Part shown: positions 20,489 to 31,130 of the stretch, in pieces | How positions within the stretch are numbered: the stretch's first letter is position 1 | Layout of the letters: each line of letters begins with the position of its first letter | Made by a program: the position numbers and the translations under genes | The notes under the pieces: model-generated | Database searches by the model: none | What the model was told of the DNA's origin: nothing | Seen by the model: only the letters and a program-made list of their open reading frames with translations | From: Methanobacteriota archaeon | GTDB lineage: Archaea > Thermoplasmatota > Poseidoniia > Poseidoniales > Thalassarchaeaceae | Length of the DNA stretch: 64,000 bases | Assembly: GCA_018650285.1 (NCBI GenBank) | Contig: JABIGF010000002.1 | Coordinates: 57,991 to 121,990 of the forward strand | Direction of reading: 5' to 3'

Positions 20489-21334
20489 TTACTCTTCTTC
20501 AGTCTCTATGACATCACTCTTTGCATCTTTTGAGTGATCTGGCGCCGGTGTAGTCATGAAAAGGAGAATACCAAAACCAATAATGAGCATGCCACCAATT
20601 AGGTCAACATGTGGGGCCCAAGTTGCATTATACTGAGCACCCTTGGCAATAGCAGTAAAATCTACAGTCATATTTCTTGAACTATCAATTGTTTCTCGCG
20701 CCAAGCCAAATAGGGCATTGTATAGGAAAGTAACAAATCCAATTGATGTAAATGCAATGAGGATTTTATTTATTCCAGGATCTTTGAACAAATTTGAATC
20801 AGGAAATCTTTCAGCATATCGTGAATTCTTAGTTGTAAACCAACCGCCTAGAATTGCTTCACCTTCGCCTGCTGGAAGTTTCATTCCTTCAGGCATTTCT
20901 CGACGCATTCCAAGTTCAACTCGCTTTGATTCAAGACGTGCCGGCCATGCACCAGCTAGCAACTTGACACCTTCATCCAAATCTTTCTTGTTTCGTTGCA
21001 ATTCTGCACGGGAATCTGTTTCCAACATTTCAACCAATGAATTACGTACTCCGAGGTAATGGAAAAATTCTGGCATTACGAAAAGTAAGAGGATGAAAGA
21101 AAGCAACACACCGACCCAAGTTACAGCAGTGTAAGATGCAAAGTTATTGGCCTCCTGTTGAGCGTTTGAAGAGAATATTGTAAAGAAGGCTATAGCCCAA
21201 AAAATGAGGGCAAAAGTAAGCACTGTCAGCATACCCAAAATAGTCAAATGATAATCTCTTTTACTCTCCCAAAAATCAACAAATGGTTGTGTAATTGTTC
21301 TCTTGAAACTCTTCCGCCCTCGTCCCGCCGCCAT
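20489..21334 (-). CDS. Conserved membrane protein (DUF3198-like N-terminal half)
   Basis: Four TM helices and LETDSRAELQRNKKDL. Start chosen at MAAGRG. Confidence 0.55.
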   Translation of the reverse strand: MAAGRGRKSFKRTITQPFVDFWESKRDYHLTILGMLTVLTFALIFWAIAFFTIFSSNAQQEANNFASYTAVTWVGVLLSFILLLFVMPEFFHYLGVRNSLVEMLETDSRAELQRNKKDLDEGVKLLAGAWPARLESKRVELGMRREMPEGMKLPAGEGEAILGGWFTTKNSRYAERFPDSNLFKDPGINKILIAFTSIGFVTFLYNALFGLARETIDSSRNMTVDFTAIAKGAQYNATWAPHVDLIGGMLIIGFGILLFMTTPAPDHSKDAKSDVIETEEE

Positions 21335-21448
21335 GTCAAACCCATCCGCTCCACAGCCTCTTGACTGATACAGTTTCGGTTGACAACTGATTTGTCTTGA
21401 AGACAAAGGTTTGAAATGGTATCTCTAACGGTCCCTAAGGGACCGCCT

Positions 21449-24400
21449 ATGTTTCATAGCACAGATAAAATCAGAAACGCATCAATTAGCCTTGTATTGC
21501 TAATGCTGCTTTCCACAATACTTCCACTTGCGATTGCCGCCACTACTGAAACACAATTTGCTGATGGGACAACTAGTTTTTCACACACTTTCTCTGGTCA
21601 AGGAAATGGTGGGACTGCTGGAGTCAATATGCCTTATGGAGCTGAAGTAACATCTGCATCTTTCTCAATAACTGGTACACCATCAACTACAACCTGGGCT
21701 AATGCGACCAGCAATACTGATTTTGGTGGCCCCTCTACAACAAATGGTCCAATGAACGTCCCTTACTTTGGTTATGATTATCGCCAATCAATAAGTGTTT
21801 CAAACGATCAAACGCATTTAAAAGAAATGCGAACTGATGCAACTTGGGCTTTAACAAATACCAATCAAATCTCAAGTGCTGGTGGAGCGAACCACAACAC
21901 AACTGGTGGTGCTATCGGCTTTGCAGATTCAGATTTAATTGGTGCCACCACAAATAGTTACTCAAGTTACTCTGGAGGAAGTTGGAATTACGCCGGCCCT
22001 ACTGCATACCAAGGAGATGATACTTATGTCGCTCAATGGGCAAGTACCAATATCTATCAAGCACCAACGATTAGAAGATACAACAGTAGCAGTGGTGCAC
22101 TACTCGGAACTGTTAGTCTTTCTTACAACAGTTGCACAACCACAACAATGGCATACCTTTCCGATATTACTAGTGATGGAAATGGTACTGTTTGGACTAC
22201 TAGTTGGAATTATCGATATATTGCAAAGTGGACTGTTTCTGTGAGTAGTAGCGGGGCAGCATCTTGGTCATGCCAGCAAAATTGGTATTCATCAACTTAC
22301 AACATTGGTGGCATTGCATTTGACCCTCTTGACAATAATGAGATGTATGTAGTTGCAACTCAATACCTTAATGGAAATTATAATTATTATCTATGGAATG
22401 TCAATCGTTCATCCCCCTATCAAGCGTTATCAACCCAACTCCTAATGATGATACAAAGTGGCCATGGCCAACCCGCTGGCTTAGATGTCGTTGGAGACCG
22501 TGTGACTGTAAATGTATACTGCACGTATACTACAAACGTTAATTGCAAAGCGAGAAATTACCACTCTCTATTCTTAAAAAATGGTGCTTGGCCTGAACAT
22601 CAAGGTGATATCTTATTCCCTAACCATGCCCATTATGGAATTGAACCAACTGATTCAGGAAATATTGGTTGGACATGTTTCTACAATACTCAATGCCCAA
22701 GTGGTAGTTCCCACAAAATTATGACAAGTGGAAGGTCTGCTCCAAGAAATATTGGAACTCCTACATCTACTGCTGGAATTATTACCTCATCTGCAATCTC
22801 ATCAAGTCGTGGGACCGATGAATTAACAATTGATACTGCTATTTCTTGGAAACCAACTGGGACCACTATTGAATACGAAGTAACCAATGATGGAGGCACT
22901 ACATGGAAAACTGCTCAACTCGGCGGAAAGGTAATCTTCGCAAATGTTGGATATCAACTAGGTTGGCGGGCATACCTAAACAGTACAAACAGTAATGTAA
23001 CTCCACTCATTGATACTGTCTCCTTGGGATATACCGGTTCTTATATTTCTACAGGATATATGTGGATGCGCACCCCATATTTTGGTGGGACTGGCACATC
23101 TGGACCAGTTGCAGCCAAAGTATGGTGGAATTCGACTGAACTTGGAGGAAGTTATCTAACCATTAAGTGGACTACTTCTAGCAGTTGCACATCAGGCACT
23201 AGTACAATAATAAATACACCAGGCCAAACTGTAAATTTCCCAAGTAGTGCTACTTATCTCTCATTGTGTTTCTACTTCTATTCAGGGACAAATAATGCAT
23301 ACAGCCCTATTGTTGACGACCTCCAAGTATCACTATTCTCAAATGCTCCTAAAAATGTAGAATTAGACATTGGAGGAGATGGCTCCGCCGAATGGACACA
23401 CCAAAATACGCTGTTATCTACTGTCACCGCAGATGGTGGTTCAATTGTTTCAGCGTTAAATGCAATAATTCCCGACACTGGCTCAGGTATTGAACTGATA
23501 CCAATCGAAGTTGGTTCTACAGCCTCGGGGAATCTTGAAATTAATTTCTTTGAAATCACCTACACAATGCAAACGGTGAATCTAAACATCAGTTGGGATG
23601 AAGAGATGGTTTTGCACGAAACTATTGACACGTACGAGGTAATTACTCGCCATGTTATTGGTGAAAGTGCTGGCGGTATCGCTTCAGCAAATCTAGATTT
23701 CTTAGCCTATCCTTCAAGTGATACTCCGAGTTTAACATGGAATAGTGATGGCACTCTCGTTGATGATGATCCTGAAGATTGGATTATTCCAGATGCTGGA
23801 GCTACTTGGACAAATAATAGTAATGGAATAATGGAAATCCATTGGGCTTTCCGAGTTACTTCAAATTTCCAAGAACAAGAAAATGTCGGGTTCCGAGTCA
23901 GTTGTGAAGACGACCAAGGCAATGCTCCCATGTCATTGTCAACTGGCGGAGCTGGCATTCGCGTCAATCAGTCCTATGGACTTGGTTGGATGAAAGTTAG
24001 AGACAATGATGGAGCCGTCCATCATGACGATGTAGAAAATGACCAATGGATAAAAGCAGGAGAATCACTTCACTTCCAAGGTGCTGTATGGTATGATGGA
24101 ACTGAAGATGCACCGCTTGATTCTACTTTTGATGTTGCAGTTATCAAGAGAACAGCAGAAGGTGACTTCATGCAAGCAAAAGACCGTTCAAACCAATATG
24201 GAGAATTCTTCATCACTGTTCCTGTTGACACAATTGATCGCCCAGATGGAGTGTTTTATGAAGTACAAATTGATAACCCAAGAGAAGTTGAAAAGGTCTT
24301 ACCAATCAATCATACATGGCAACGAACAATTCGTGTTGACGCAACTAGCCCAACATTGATTGAAGCATCTCCAGAGGACAATGCCTATGAGGCAGGATAC

Positions 24401-26512
24401 GATGACCAACAAGTACGCATTAGAATTCAAGATGCTATTGGGGCACCTGAAATATTGACTTTGCATTACTGGGTTGAAGCAGAACACGACTCAAACAGAA
24501 ATGGTGTTGCTGATGCTCCTGAATATGTCAACCAGACAATGACAAACACAACAATTGATGTTGACAAATTATTCTTTGCAACCATTAACGATGCTGCAAA
24601 TCCAAACATGGCACGAGTTTCATACTATGTTACAGGAACAGATATTGCTGGTAATGCACTATTACGAACAGATGGACCTGGATTCGATTATGATTTGGTA
24701 ACTTACAAAACACGTCGTGATATGGATTCTGTATTTACTGGCCTAGATTGGGCTGGCCATGAAGATGGAGAAAGAGCATTTGCTGGAACTACACAATACC
24801 TAACCCTTGGATTAGTAGATGCTAATGGTTTGATTGACTTCACAGATATTTCATTAATCTTTGACTTTGAAGGACCTGACCCAATTAGAGATAGGCAAAG
24901 ATTGTCTTATAGTGGTGTCAATAGCACATTTTGGACAGATGATGAATTCTTAGTAATTGACCCTGCTTGCAATGATATTTCAGATGATATGTGTGGAGGC
25001 ATTGTTACCACAAATGATACTGGATTGCCGTGGGTAAAGGTCACCTTTGCATTCCAATTTTCTTGGGATTGGCCCGATGCTGACCTTTCAGATGTAGCAT
25101 TAGAATTCACTCAACTCGGTAGTTCTGAACCACGTCAAATCATCTTCACTGAACACACATTCAGAGTTGAGAATGATTTGGTATTAGATGCTGAAGCCTA
25201 CACCGTTGAAGATGTTCAAGAGCCAAGAATTGGCCCTATCTCAGATGGTAGTCGTGTTGTGCCAAACGACCGTTTGCGCTGGTCTGGACGGGTTGTCTAC
25301 GAAGGTAGCGATGTGCCTGCGCCACGTAATCTAGGAATCACAGTAGAAGTCTTTGACGGAGTTCAATACTGGTCTGATGGAAGTTTGACTGATGAAGGTG
25401 GATTTAGTTTAGAAGTGCCTCTAAGTGCCGCTCCTACTCTAGCTTCAAGTGAAACTAGAACGTTCCTTGCAGGTGTAAGAAATATTCCTGGAAGAGGCGA
25501 AGACATGACTCGTGACACTGTATCTACCACTCTACAAGTAGAGGTAGACCACGCCCCGCCAAGAGTTCTTGAAAGGCTTTCACCAATTGATGTGATTGAC
25601 ATATCAAACAATTCAGCCTTGAGAGAAGTTCCTGTTGAATTCATTGGTTGGGAAGATGCTGATTTGTCTGGAAGCCCACAATGGGTTCACTGGTTGATGA
25701 GAGATGAAAATCAACGTCAAATTTCTTCTGGTTCAGCACTTCTTGGAATGCTACAGGAAGGCCAGGCCATTACTTGGACTGGTACTGTTGACTTGATTGG
25801 CGATGGAATGAACCCTCCCCTACAAGATTACGAAATTGGATTCTGGGTTGAAGGCTGGGATTCAGCAGGCAACCCATTAGCAACAGAAGGCAATTCCAAG
25901 AGTGACCCTATTCGTGAACCTGTTGATCTTAATGGCGACCATGAATTACAATGGATTAATTTCGGCGCACTTGGCCCACAACTTTCAGTTGAACGAATTT
26001 CTGCTGACCGCGAAGTAGTCGCAAAAGGAGCAGAAATAGAGGTTACTGCATGGATCACTAACTTTGGAGGACCTACCAATACTGGATTTACTGTTGCTTT
26101 CTACTCAGGAGATGATGCTGAGCCGTTTGCTGTTCAAAGACTCAATGGAATTGCTGATGAAGCGATTCCAATCAAAGCAACATGGACTGCAGAAGAAGGC
26201 GTTGACAGAGTTATTGTTATTGTTGATGACGATGATGAAATTATCGAAGTTGATGAAACTGATAACAGGGCAAGTGTCGGTGTTTCAGTTGAATATGCTT
26301 GGGGTATGGGTTGGGTTGAGAATGCTCGTCAAAATCTGTTAGCTGTTATTGGTATTATTATCGCCATGATTGTTCTACCAATTGTAGCATTTGTCAGCAT
26401 GAAAGGTGCAATTACTGGAAAGTCGGAATTGTTTGAAGACGACCACCTCTTCGAAGATGATGAATACGAAGAAGAAGAATACGAAGAAGATGATTACGAC
26501 GAAGATTACTAA
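21449..26512 (+). CDS. Large (~1690 aa) cell-surface protein with C-terminal CARDB-like domain, TM anchor and acidic tail
   Basis: Signal peptide; S/T/N-rich N-half; LDIGGDG..EW motif; Ig-like repeats; VDDDDEIIEVDETDN (CARDB-like); TM; D/E/Y-rich tail. Confidence 0.85.
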   Translation: MFHSTDKIRNASISLVLLMLLSTILPLAIAATTETQFADGTTSFSHTFSGQGNGGTAGVNMPYGAEVTSASFSITGTPSTTTWANATSNTDFGGPSTTNGPMNVPYFGYDYRQSISVSNDQTHLKEMRTDATWALTNTNQISSAGGANHNTTGGAIGFADSDLIGATTNSYSSYSGGSWNYAGPTAYQGDDTYVAQWASTNIYQAPTIRRYNSSSGALLGTVSLSYNSCTTTTMAYLSDITSDGNGTVWTTSWNYRYIAKWTVSVSSSGAASWSCQQNWYSSTYNIGGIAFDPLDNNEMYVVATQYLNGNYNYYLWNVNRSSPYQALSTQLLMMIQSGHGQPAGLDVVGDRVTVNVYCTYTTNVNCKARNYHSLFLKNGAWPEHQGDILFPNHAHYGIEPTDSGNIGWTCFYNTQCPSGSSHKIMTSGRSAPRNIGTPTSTAGIITSSAISSSRGTDELTIDTAISWKPTGTTIEYEVTNDGGTTWKTAQLGGKVIFANVGYQLGWRAYLNSTNSNVTPLIDTVSLGYTGSYISTGYMWMRTPYFGGTGTSGPVAAKVWWNSTELGGSYLTIKWTTSSSCTSGTSTIINTPGQTVNFPSSATYLSLCFYFYSGTNNAYSPIVDDLQVSLFSNAPKNVELDIGGDGSAEWTHQNTLLSTVTADGGSIVSALNAIIPDTGSGIELIPIEVGSTASGNLEINFFEITYTMQTVNLNISWDEEMVLHETIDTYEVITRHVIGESAGGIASANLDFLAYPSSDTPSLTWNSDGTLVDDDPEDWIIPDAGATWTNNSNGIMEIHWAFRVTSNFQEQENVGFRVSCEDDQGNAPMSLSTGGAGIRVNQSYGLGWMKVRDNDGAVHHDDVENDQWIKAGESLHFQGAVWYDGTEDAPLDSTFDVAVIKRTAEGDFMQAKDRSNQYGEFFITVPVDTIDRPDGVFYEVQIDNPREVEKVLPINHTWQRTIRVDATSPTLIEASPEDNAYEAGYDDQQVRIRIQDAIGAPEILTLHYWVEAEHDSNRNGVADAPEYVNQTMTNTTIDVDKLFFATINDAANPNMARVSYYVTGTDIAGNALLRTDGPGFDYDLVTYKTRRDMDSVFTGLDWAGHEDGERAFAGTTQYLTLGLVDANGLIDFTDISLIFDFEGPDPIRDRQRLSYSGVNSTFWTDDEFLVIDPACNDISDDMCGGIVTTNDTGLPWVKVTFAFQFSWDWPDADLSDVALEFTQLGSSEPRQIIFTEHTFRVENDLVLDAEAYTVEDVQEPRIGPISDGSRVVPNDRLRWSGRVVYEGSDVPAPRNLGITVEVFDGVQYWSDGSLTDEGGFSLEVPLSAAPTLASSETRTFLAGVRNIPGRGEDMTRDTVSTTLQVEVDHAPPRVLERLSPIDVIDISNNSALREVPVEFIGWEDADLSGSPQWVHWLMRDENQRQISSGSALLGMLQEGQAITWTGTVDLIGDGMNPPLQDYEIGFWVEGWDSAGNPLATEGNSKSDPIREPVDLNGDHELQWINFGALGPQLSVERISADREVVAKGAEIEVTAWITNFGGPTNTGFTVAFYSGDDAEPFAVQRLNGIADEAIPIKATWTAEEGVDRVIVIVDDDDEIIEVDETDNRASVGVSVEYAWGMGWVENARQNLLAVIGIIIAMIVLPIVAFVSMKGAITGKSELFEDDHLFEDDEYEEEEYEEDDYDEDY

Positions 26513-26617
26513 TCTTACTGGATTACCCTGTGCGATTAATCTCTGAAATTATCTATTTCTCAAAATCGGCGGCCTTTTCACACCTAGTCTAGGCAGACAC
26601 CCCAAGAGGAGAGCAGA

Positions 26618-29600
26618 GTGAGGTCAGATTTCTCAACACTTGTGGAGCCTCTTCAACGGCTTGCAAAAGAACGCGGATGGAAACCGACCCCCATTCAAGC
26701 GGCCTCACAAACACAACTTCTAGCAGGTACAGATTCGTTACTCATAGCCCCTACTGGCAGCGGCAAAACAGAAGCTGTAGTCATGCCACTATTAACAAAA
26801 GCAATAGAAGAACAATGGGATCCGCTTTGCATCCTTTACATCACCCCACTAAGAGCACTGAACCGAGATATTGACCGGCGAATTGCTGAACTTGCAGAGA
26901 TATGCAACCTTCGTTCAGATGTACGGCATGGAGATACCACACAATCTCAAAGAACGAAACAATCACGAAACCCTCCACACCTTTTGGTCACCACACCAGA
27001 GACCTGCCAACTTCTACTATTTGGCAGCCGTCTAAGAGAAGGTATGCGAAATCTGCGTGCGGTAGTGATTGACGAAGTTCACGACTTAGCAGCATCTGAA
27101 AGAGGGGCACAATTGAGTGTGGCATTGGAAAGAATTGACGAGTTATGTGGTCGAAGAGTTCAGAGAATTGGTTTGTCAGCCACAGTTGGTAATCCAGATG
27201 AAATGGCTGGTTGGTTATCTCCTACTGCTGTCGCTTGTAATGCTCCAGCACCACGCCTAGCGGAACTTGAAGTCGTTACTGAACCACCCACCTCAGAAGA
27301 TAGAGCATTATCACTAGAACTTCATGTCTCACCACGTGGTTTGGCAGCTCTACGTTGTCTTGCTTCAAAGGTAAGAGAAAGTGCACCTTGCCTCATATTT
27401 GTTAATTCACGACATACGGCTGAAACAGTGGCTCAGCGGATTTCCAAACTTGATAGTGAACTAAACATCGGTGTTCATCACGGCTCATTAGCAAGAGAGA
27501 CTCGTGAAGAAATGGAATCCGAATTACAAAAAGGAAATCTGCACGGACTCGTTTGTACCTCAAGTCTAGAACTTGGAATTGATGTTGGTTCAATAAAACA
27601 AGTTCACCAAATCCAATCACCTAGAGCAGTTGACCGCCTACTGCAAAGAGTGGGTCGAGCAGAACACACCCTAGGTGGAACCTCACGAGGGATGCTACTA
27701 AGTTGGGAGCCGGATGATATCGGTGAATCTGCAATTATTGCTCGACGTGCTATGGCTGGTGAACTAGAGGGCGTTGAATGGCGAAGGAAACCGATTTCGG
27801 TAGCCGCTAATCAACTCATACTTACTGCAATTGCTGAAAAGATAATTCCACTAAACTCGGCTGCAACTTTGCTTAGACGAGCCCCGCTATTCACAGATAT
27901 TGAGGATAGTGAAATCTTAGAAATTATCTCAATATTAGATGATAGACGATTGCTAAAACTTGTTGAAAAGCCTACACTTTCTGACCCAATTGATTGGCCA
28001 CCAATTCTTTGGGAAATAGCCGCACAGTCTAACAAAGACCTACCCGAAAAGCGACCTTCAAGAGAAGAATTAGCTGTTCTCAAAGATGAACAACGCGACA
28101 AGTGGTCATCTGCTTTACTCACAGCCCTACCCAAACACCTCGCAGATGGTTGGTTTTCTCCAGGCTCAAGAAGTCGCCACTACATGCTTAGCAACCTCTC
28201 TATGATTGCTGATGAAACACGCTATTCTGTTCGAGATGCTGTTACTCGAAGAGCATTAGGAAATGTCGATGAAACTTTTGTGTTGTCACTAGATTCTGTT
28301 GGTGGAGAAGAGGATGGGTCTCCTCGTCGATTTGTGATGGCTGGCAGAACATGGCAAATTATTGATGCAGACCCTGAGAAAAGTGAGTTACTTGTTGCTC
28401 CAGTTTCTGACCAAAGTTCTGCCCCAGTATGGGCTGGAGAATTACCACCAGTCCCAGCAGATATTGCCCGTGAAGTTGGCAACCTAAGAGTAGTGATTGC
28501 TAAAGAACACGGCTGGAATATTGAAGATTGTTTAGATGAAGATTTTGGTGCTAAAGTAAACGCGTGGATTATTGGCTTACCTGAACATAAACCACTCTTG
28601 GAATATCCCTTGTCAGACCATTCACTTGGGACATTAACGCAGAGTGTTGCTGAACACTTGGATGCTGCAGGTTGCATCCCACATTCACGGCTATTAACAA
28701 TTGAAGCAAGACGAGATGCACTCGTTCTCAACTGCTGCCACGGTAGCAGAATAAATGCCGCTCTTGCTCACTTCTTACAAGCGATGGCATCAACAATAGA
28801 TGGAAAGAGTGGCCGAGTAATTATTGACCCATACAGAATAACTCTACAAGTTCCAGCGTTAACTGCGGATTCTATGGTCACTTGGCTAACTGAAACTCCC
28901 CCAGATGCTTTGAGAGACATTATGCGACTTACTATTCCTAATGGGAGAAAATTGCGCGCACGCCTTGTTCAAGTATGCAAAATATTTGGAATTCTACATC
29001 GCGGGATTGATCCACGACGAGTCAACTTACAAGGTATCATCAATCGTTACCGTGGTACCGTTGTTCTTGATGAAGCACTTGACAAATTATTCCATGACCA
29101 AATGGATATTGAAGGGACCATATCGCTGTTAGAAGCAATTCAATCAGGTGGCGTAAAAATTGAGCAAACAGCATCAGGGTCATTAGGGATTTCACCTCAA
29201 AGTGAAAGAGACTTATTACTACCAAATTGGTCAGATGCTGAAGTTCGAACTCGTCTAGAAGAGAGATTAATGAATGAAAGAGCAGTATTAATTTGTCTTG
29301 TTTGTGCAACTCGTATTAGAACTAGAGTAGCAATGTATGGGGCGAAACACACTCACTGCGAATGTGGTGGAAGAATGCTTGCTGCTGCACGCGAAGGGCT
29401 TGAAGAAAGATTGGCTGAATGGGTTGCTTCAGAAGATACGGCTGTTCGAGCACGCATGGAAAAGAATGCGCATCTTGTTCGACAAAGAGGAATTGGGGCA
29501 CTTGTATGCCTAATGGCAAGAGGAATTGGTGAAGAGACCGCCTCACGAATTCTAGCCAGAGTTCCGAAAGACGAACATGAATTGATGCTCAAATTCATAC

Positions 29601-29647
29601 ATGAAGCCGAACTCAATTATGCGCGAACACGGCGTTTTTGGGGATGA
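26618..29647 (+). CDS. lhr: Lhr-family DEAD/H helicase
   Basis: APTGSGKT, DEVH, GLSAT, HHGSL, SLELGIDVG, QRVGRA, C-terminal Cys pairs and TRRFWG. Confidence 0.92.
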   Translation: MRSDFSTLVEPLQRLAKERGWKPTPIQAASQTQLLAGTDSLLIAPTGSGKTEAVVMPLLTKAIEEQWDPLCILYITPLRALNRDIDRRIAELAEICNLRSDVRHGDTTQSQRTKQSRNPPHLLVTTPETCQLLLFGSRLREGMRNLRAVVIDEVHDLAASERGAQLSVALERIDELCGRRVQRIGLSATVGNPDEMAGWLSPTAVACNAPAPRLAELEVVTEPPTSEDRALSLELHVSPRGLAALRCLASKVRESAPCLIFVNSRHTAETVAQRISKLDSELNIGVHHGSLARETREEMESELQKGNLHGLVCTSSLELGIDVGSIKQVHQIQSPRAVDRLLQRVGRAEHTLGGTSRGMLLSWEPDDIGESAIIARRAMAGELEGVEWRRKPISVAANQLILTAIAEKIIPLNSAATLLRRAPLFTDIEDSEILEIISILDDRRLLKLVEKPTLSDPIDWPPILWEIAAQSNKDLPEKRPSREELAVLKDEQRDKWSSALLTALPKHLADGWFSPGSRSRHYMLSNLSMIADETRYSVRDAVTRRALGNVDETFVLSLDSVGGEEDGSPRRFVMAGRTWQIIDADPEKSELLVAPVSDQSSAPVWAGELPPVPADIAREVGNLRVVIAKEHGWNIEDCLDEDFGAKVNAWIIGLPEHKPLLEYPLSDHSLGTLTQSVAEHLDAAGCIPHSRLLTIEARRDALVLNCCHGSRINAALAHFLQAMASTIDGKSGRVIIDPYRITLQVPALTADSMVTWLTETPPDALRDIMRLTIPNGRKLRARLVQVCKIFGILHRGIDPRRVNLQGIINRYRGTVVLDEALDKLFHDQMDIEGTISLLEAIQSGGVKIEQTASGSLGISPQSERDLLLPNWSDAEVRTRLEERLMNERAVLICLVCATRIRTRVAMYGAKHTHCECGGRMLAAAREGLEERLAEWVASEDTAVRARMEKNAHLVRQRGIGALVCLMARGIGEETASRILARVPKDEHELMLKFIHEAELNYARTRRFWG

Positions 29648-29723
29648 ATCAAAATTCTTGGTTGAATTAATTTATTCTTGAAAAACGGTAGGCATTTGAA
29701 CCACAGTCACTTCCGTTATTTTG

Positions 29724-30269
29724 ATGTTAATAGGGATAACCGGTCGCAATGCCTCTGGGAAAACCACCATAATTGAATGGTTCAAAGAAAATGAATTTGG
29801 AATAAACTCATGCTCAGATTCAATTCGTAACTGGCTAAGATCTAACAATCAAGATATTACAAGAGACAACCTAATTGATGGTGGAAGGAAACTACGAGCC
29901 ATGGGTGGTCCAGGAATATTAGCAGAGATGTTACTTGATACGATTGAACCGAATAGCAATCATGCTATTGATAGCATACGAACTCCTGCAGAAGTAGAAG
30001 CATTAAGAAAAAGAGATGATTTCATTCTCATTGAAATTAGAGCGCCGCGAGAAATACGTTGGGAGCGGCTAGTTGAACGCGGCAGAACTGGTGATGCAGA
30101 GAATTTTGAGCAGTTTGTTGCTCAAGAAGAATCAGAATTAATTGCTCACGATGAAAGTGGCCAAGCACTCAATGCAACCGCTGACTTGGCTGATGTTGTA
30201 ATTCACAATAATGGCGATGTTGATGATTTGAATCGACAACTCAAGATATTCATGGAAGAATATTCTTGA
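29724..30269 (+). CDS. P-loop nucleoside monophosphate/dephospho-CoA kinase-like protein
   Basis: GITGRNASGKTT, SDSIR, IDSIRTPAEV, R..RGR.GD. Confidence 0.8.
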   Translation: MLIGITGRNASGKTTIIEWFKENEFGINSCSDSIRNWLRSNNQDITRDNLIDGGRKLRAMGGPGILAEMLLDTIEPNSNHAIDSIRTPAEVEALRKRDDFILIEIRAPREIRWERLVERGRTGDAENFEQFVAQEESELIAHDESGQALNATADLADVVIHNNGDVDDLNRQLKIFMEEYS

Positions 30270-30290
30270 AAATTAACTACATTCCTATAG

Positions 30291-30554
30291 TTAATTTCCA
30301 TATTTAGCCACTAGGGCTTGTTCATTTCTGCCTATTGTCATTATCAAGAAAAAGGCACCAACTACATTACTTATTGTAAACACGGTATCAATAATTATGG
30401 TAATAAGAAAATTATCTGTGATTGCGGGAGCGATAAAGAAATGGGTAACCGGTACCATTACTAATATTCCTAAACCCAAATATAATGGTAAAATTCTTTT
30501 AAAACTGCGCATTGCTTTGATTGCTTGAGCGGGGTCATAATCTGGGTTATCCAT
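30291..30554 (-). CDS. Small two-TM hypothetical membrane protein
   Basis: Two hydrophobic helices; AT-rich; directly downstream of the deaminase. Confidence 0.55.
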   Translation of the reverse strand: MDNPDYDPAQAIKAMRSFKRILPLYLGLGILVMVPVTHFFIAPAITDNFLITIIIDTVFTISNVVGAFFLIMTIGRNEQALVAKYGN

Positions 30555-30563
30555 ATTAATCTC

Positions 30564-31058
30564 TCATTTTAAGTCGCCGCGAGGGTCCTTTGGACCCTCT
30601 GTTCTTTGCACGACTACGCCATGATTTTCAAGATAAGACACCCCATTTGCTCCACCAAAACCACCGTCAACAACGATTACTCTTGATACGCCTGAGTGAT
30701 GAATCAATTTAGCACACATCATACAAGGCTCGCCTGTAACAATTAGCCAAGCGTTCTTTGTCGGTACACCATTGGCTGCTGCATTACAAATAACATTCAT
30801 CTCTGCATGATGGCATCCAACTTCAACCCTAGTTCCTGAAACGACTTTTTCGGTGTCTCGCAGACATACATCTCCACCGCATAATTTCCCACCGCCTCGT
30901 GGGCCACCATTGTAACCATCCATCAAAATGACATTTCGTTCAGGGTCTACAAGAAGAGAACCAAATTTTGCTCTAGGACAGTTGCTTGCTTTCGCTAAAG
31001 CAAGGCATTGCTCAATGCGGATTTTTAGATGCTTCTCCTTCACTTCTACCGCCGACAA
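30564..31058 (-). CDS. dCMP deaminase family protein
   Basis: SNC, GYNG, HAEMN and PCMMC zinc motifs. Confidence 0.9.
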   Translation of the reverse strand: MSAVEVKEKHLKIRIEQCLALAKASNCPRAKFGSLLVDPERNVILMDGYNGGPRGGGKLCGGDVCLRDTEKVVSGTRVEVGCHHAEMNVICNAAANGVPTKNAWLIVTGEPCMMCAKLIHHSGVSRVIVVDGGFGGANGVSYLENHGVVVQRTEGPKDPRGDLK

Positions 31059-31130
31059 TTGGAATCGTAGCAGGTCAACCCTATGATGATGTCGTCAAGC
31101 AAGTTGCTTTGCTTAACGCCAATAATTGAA

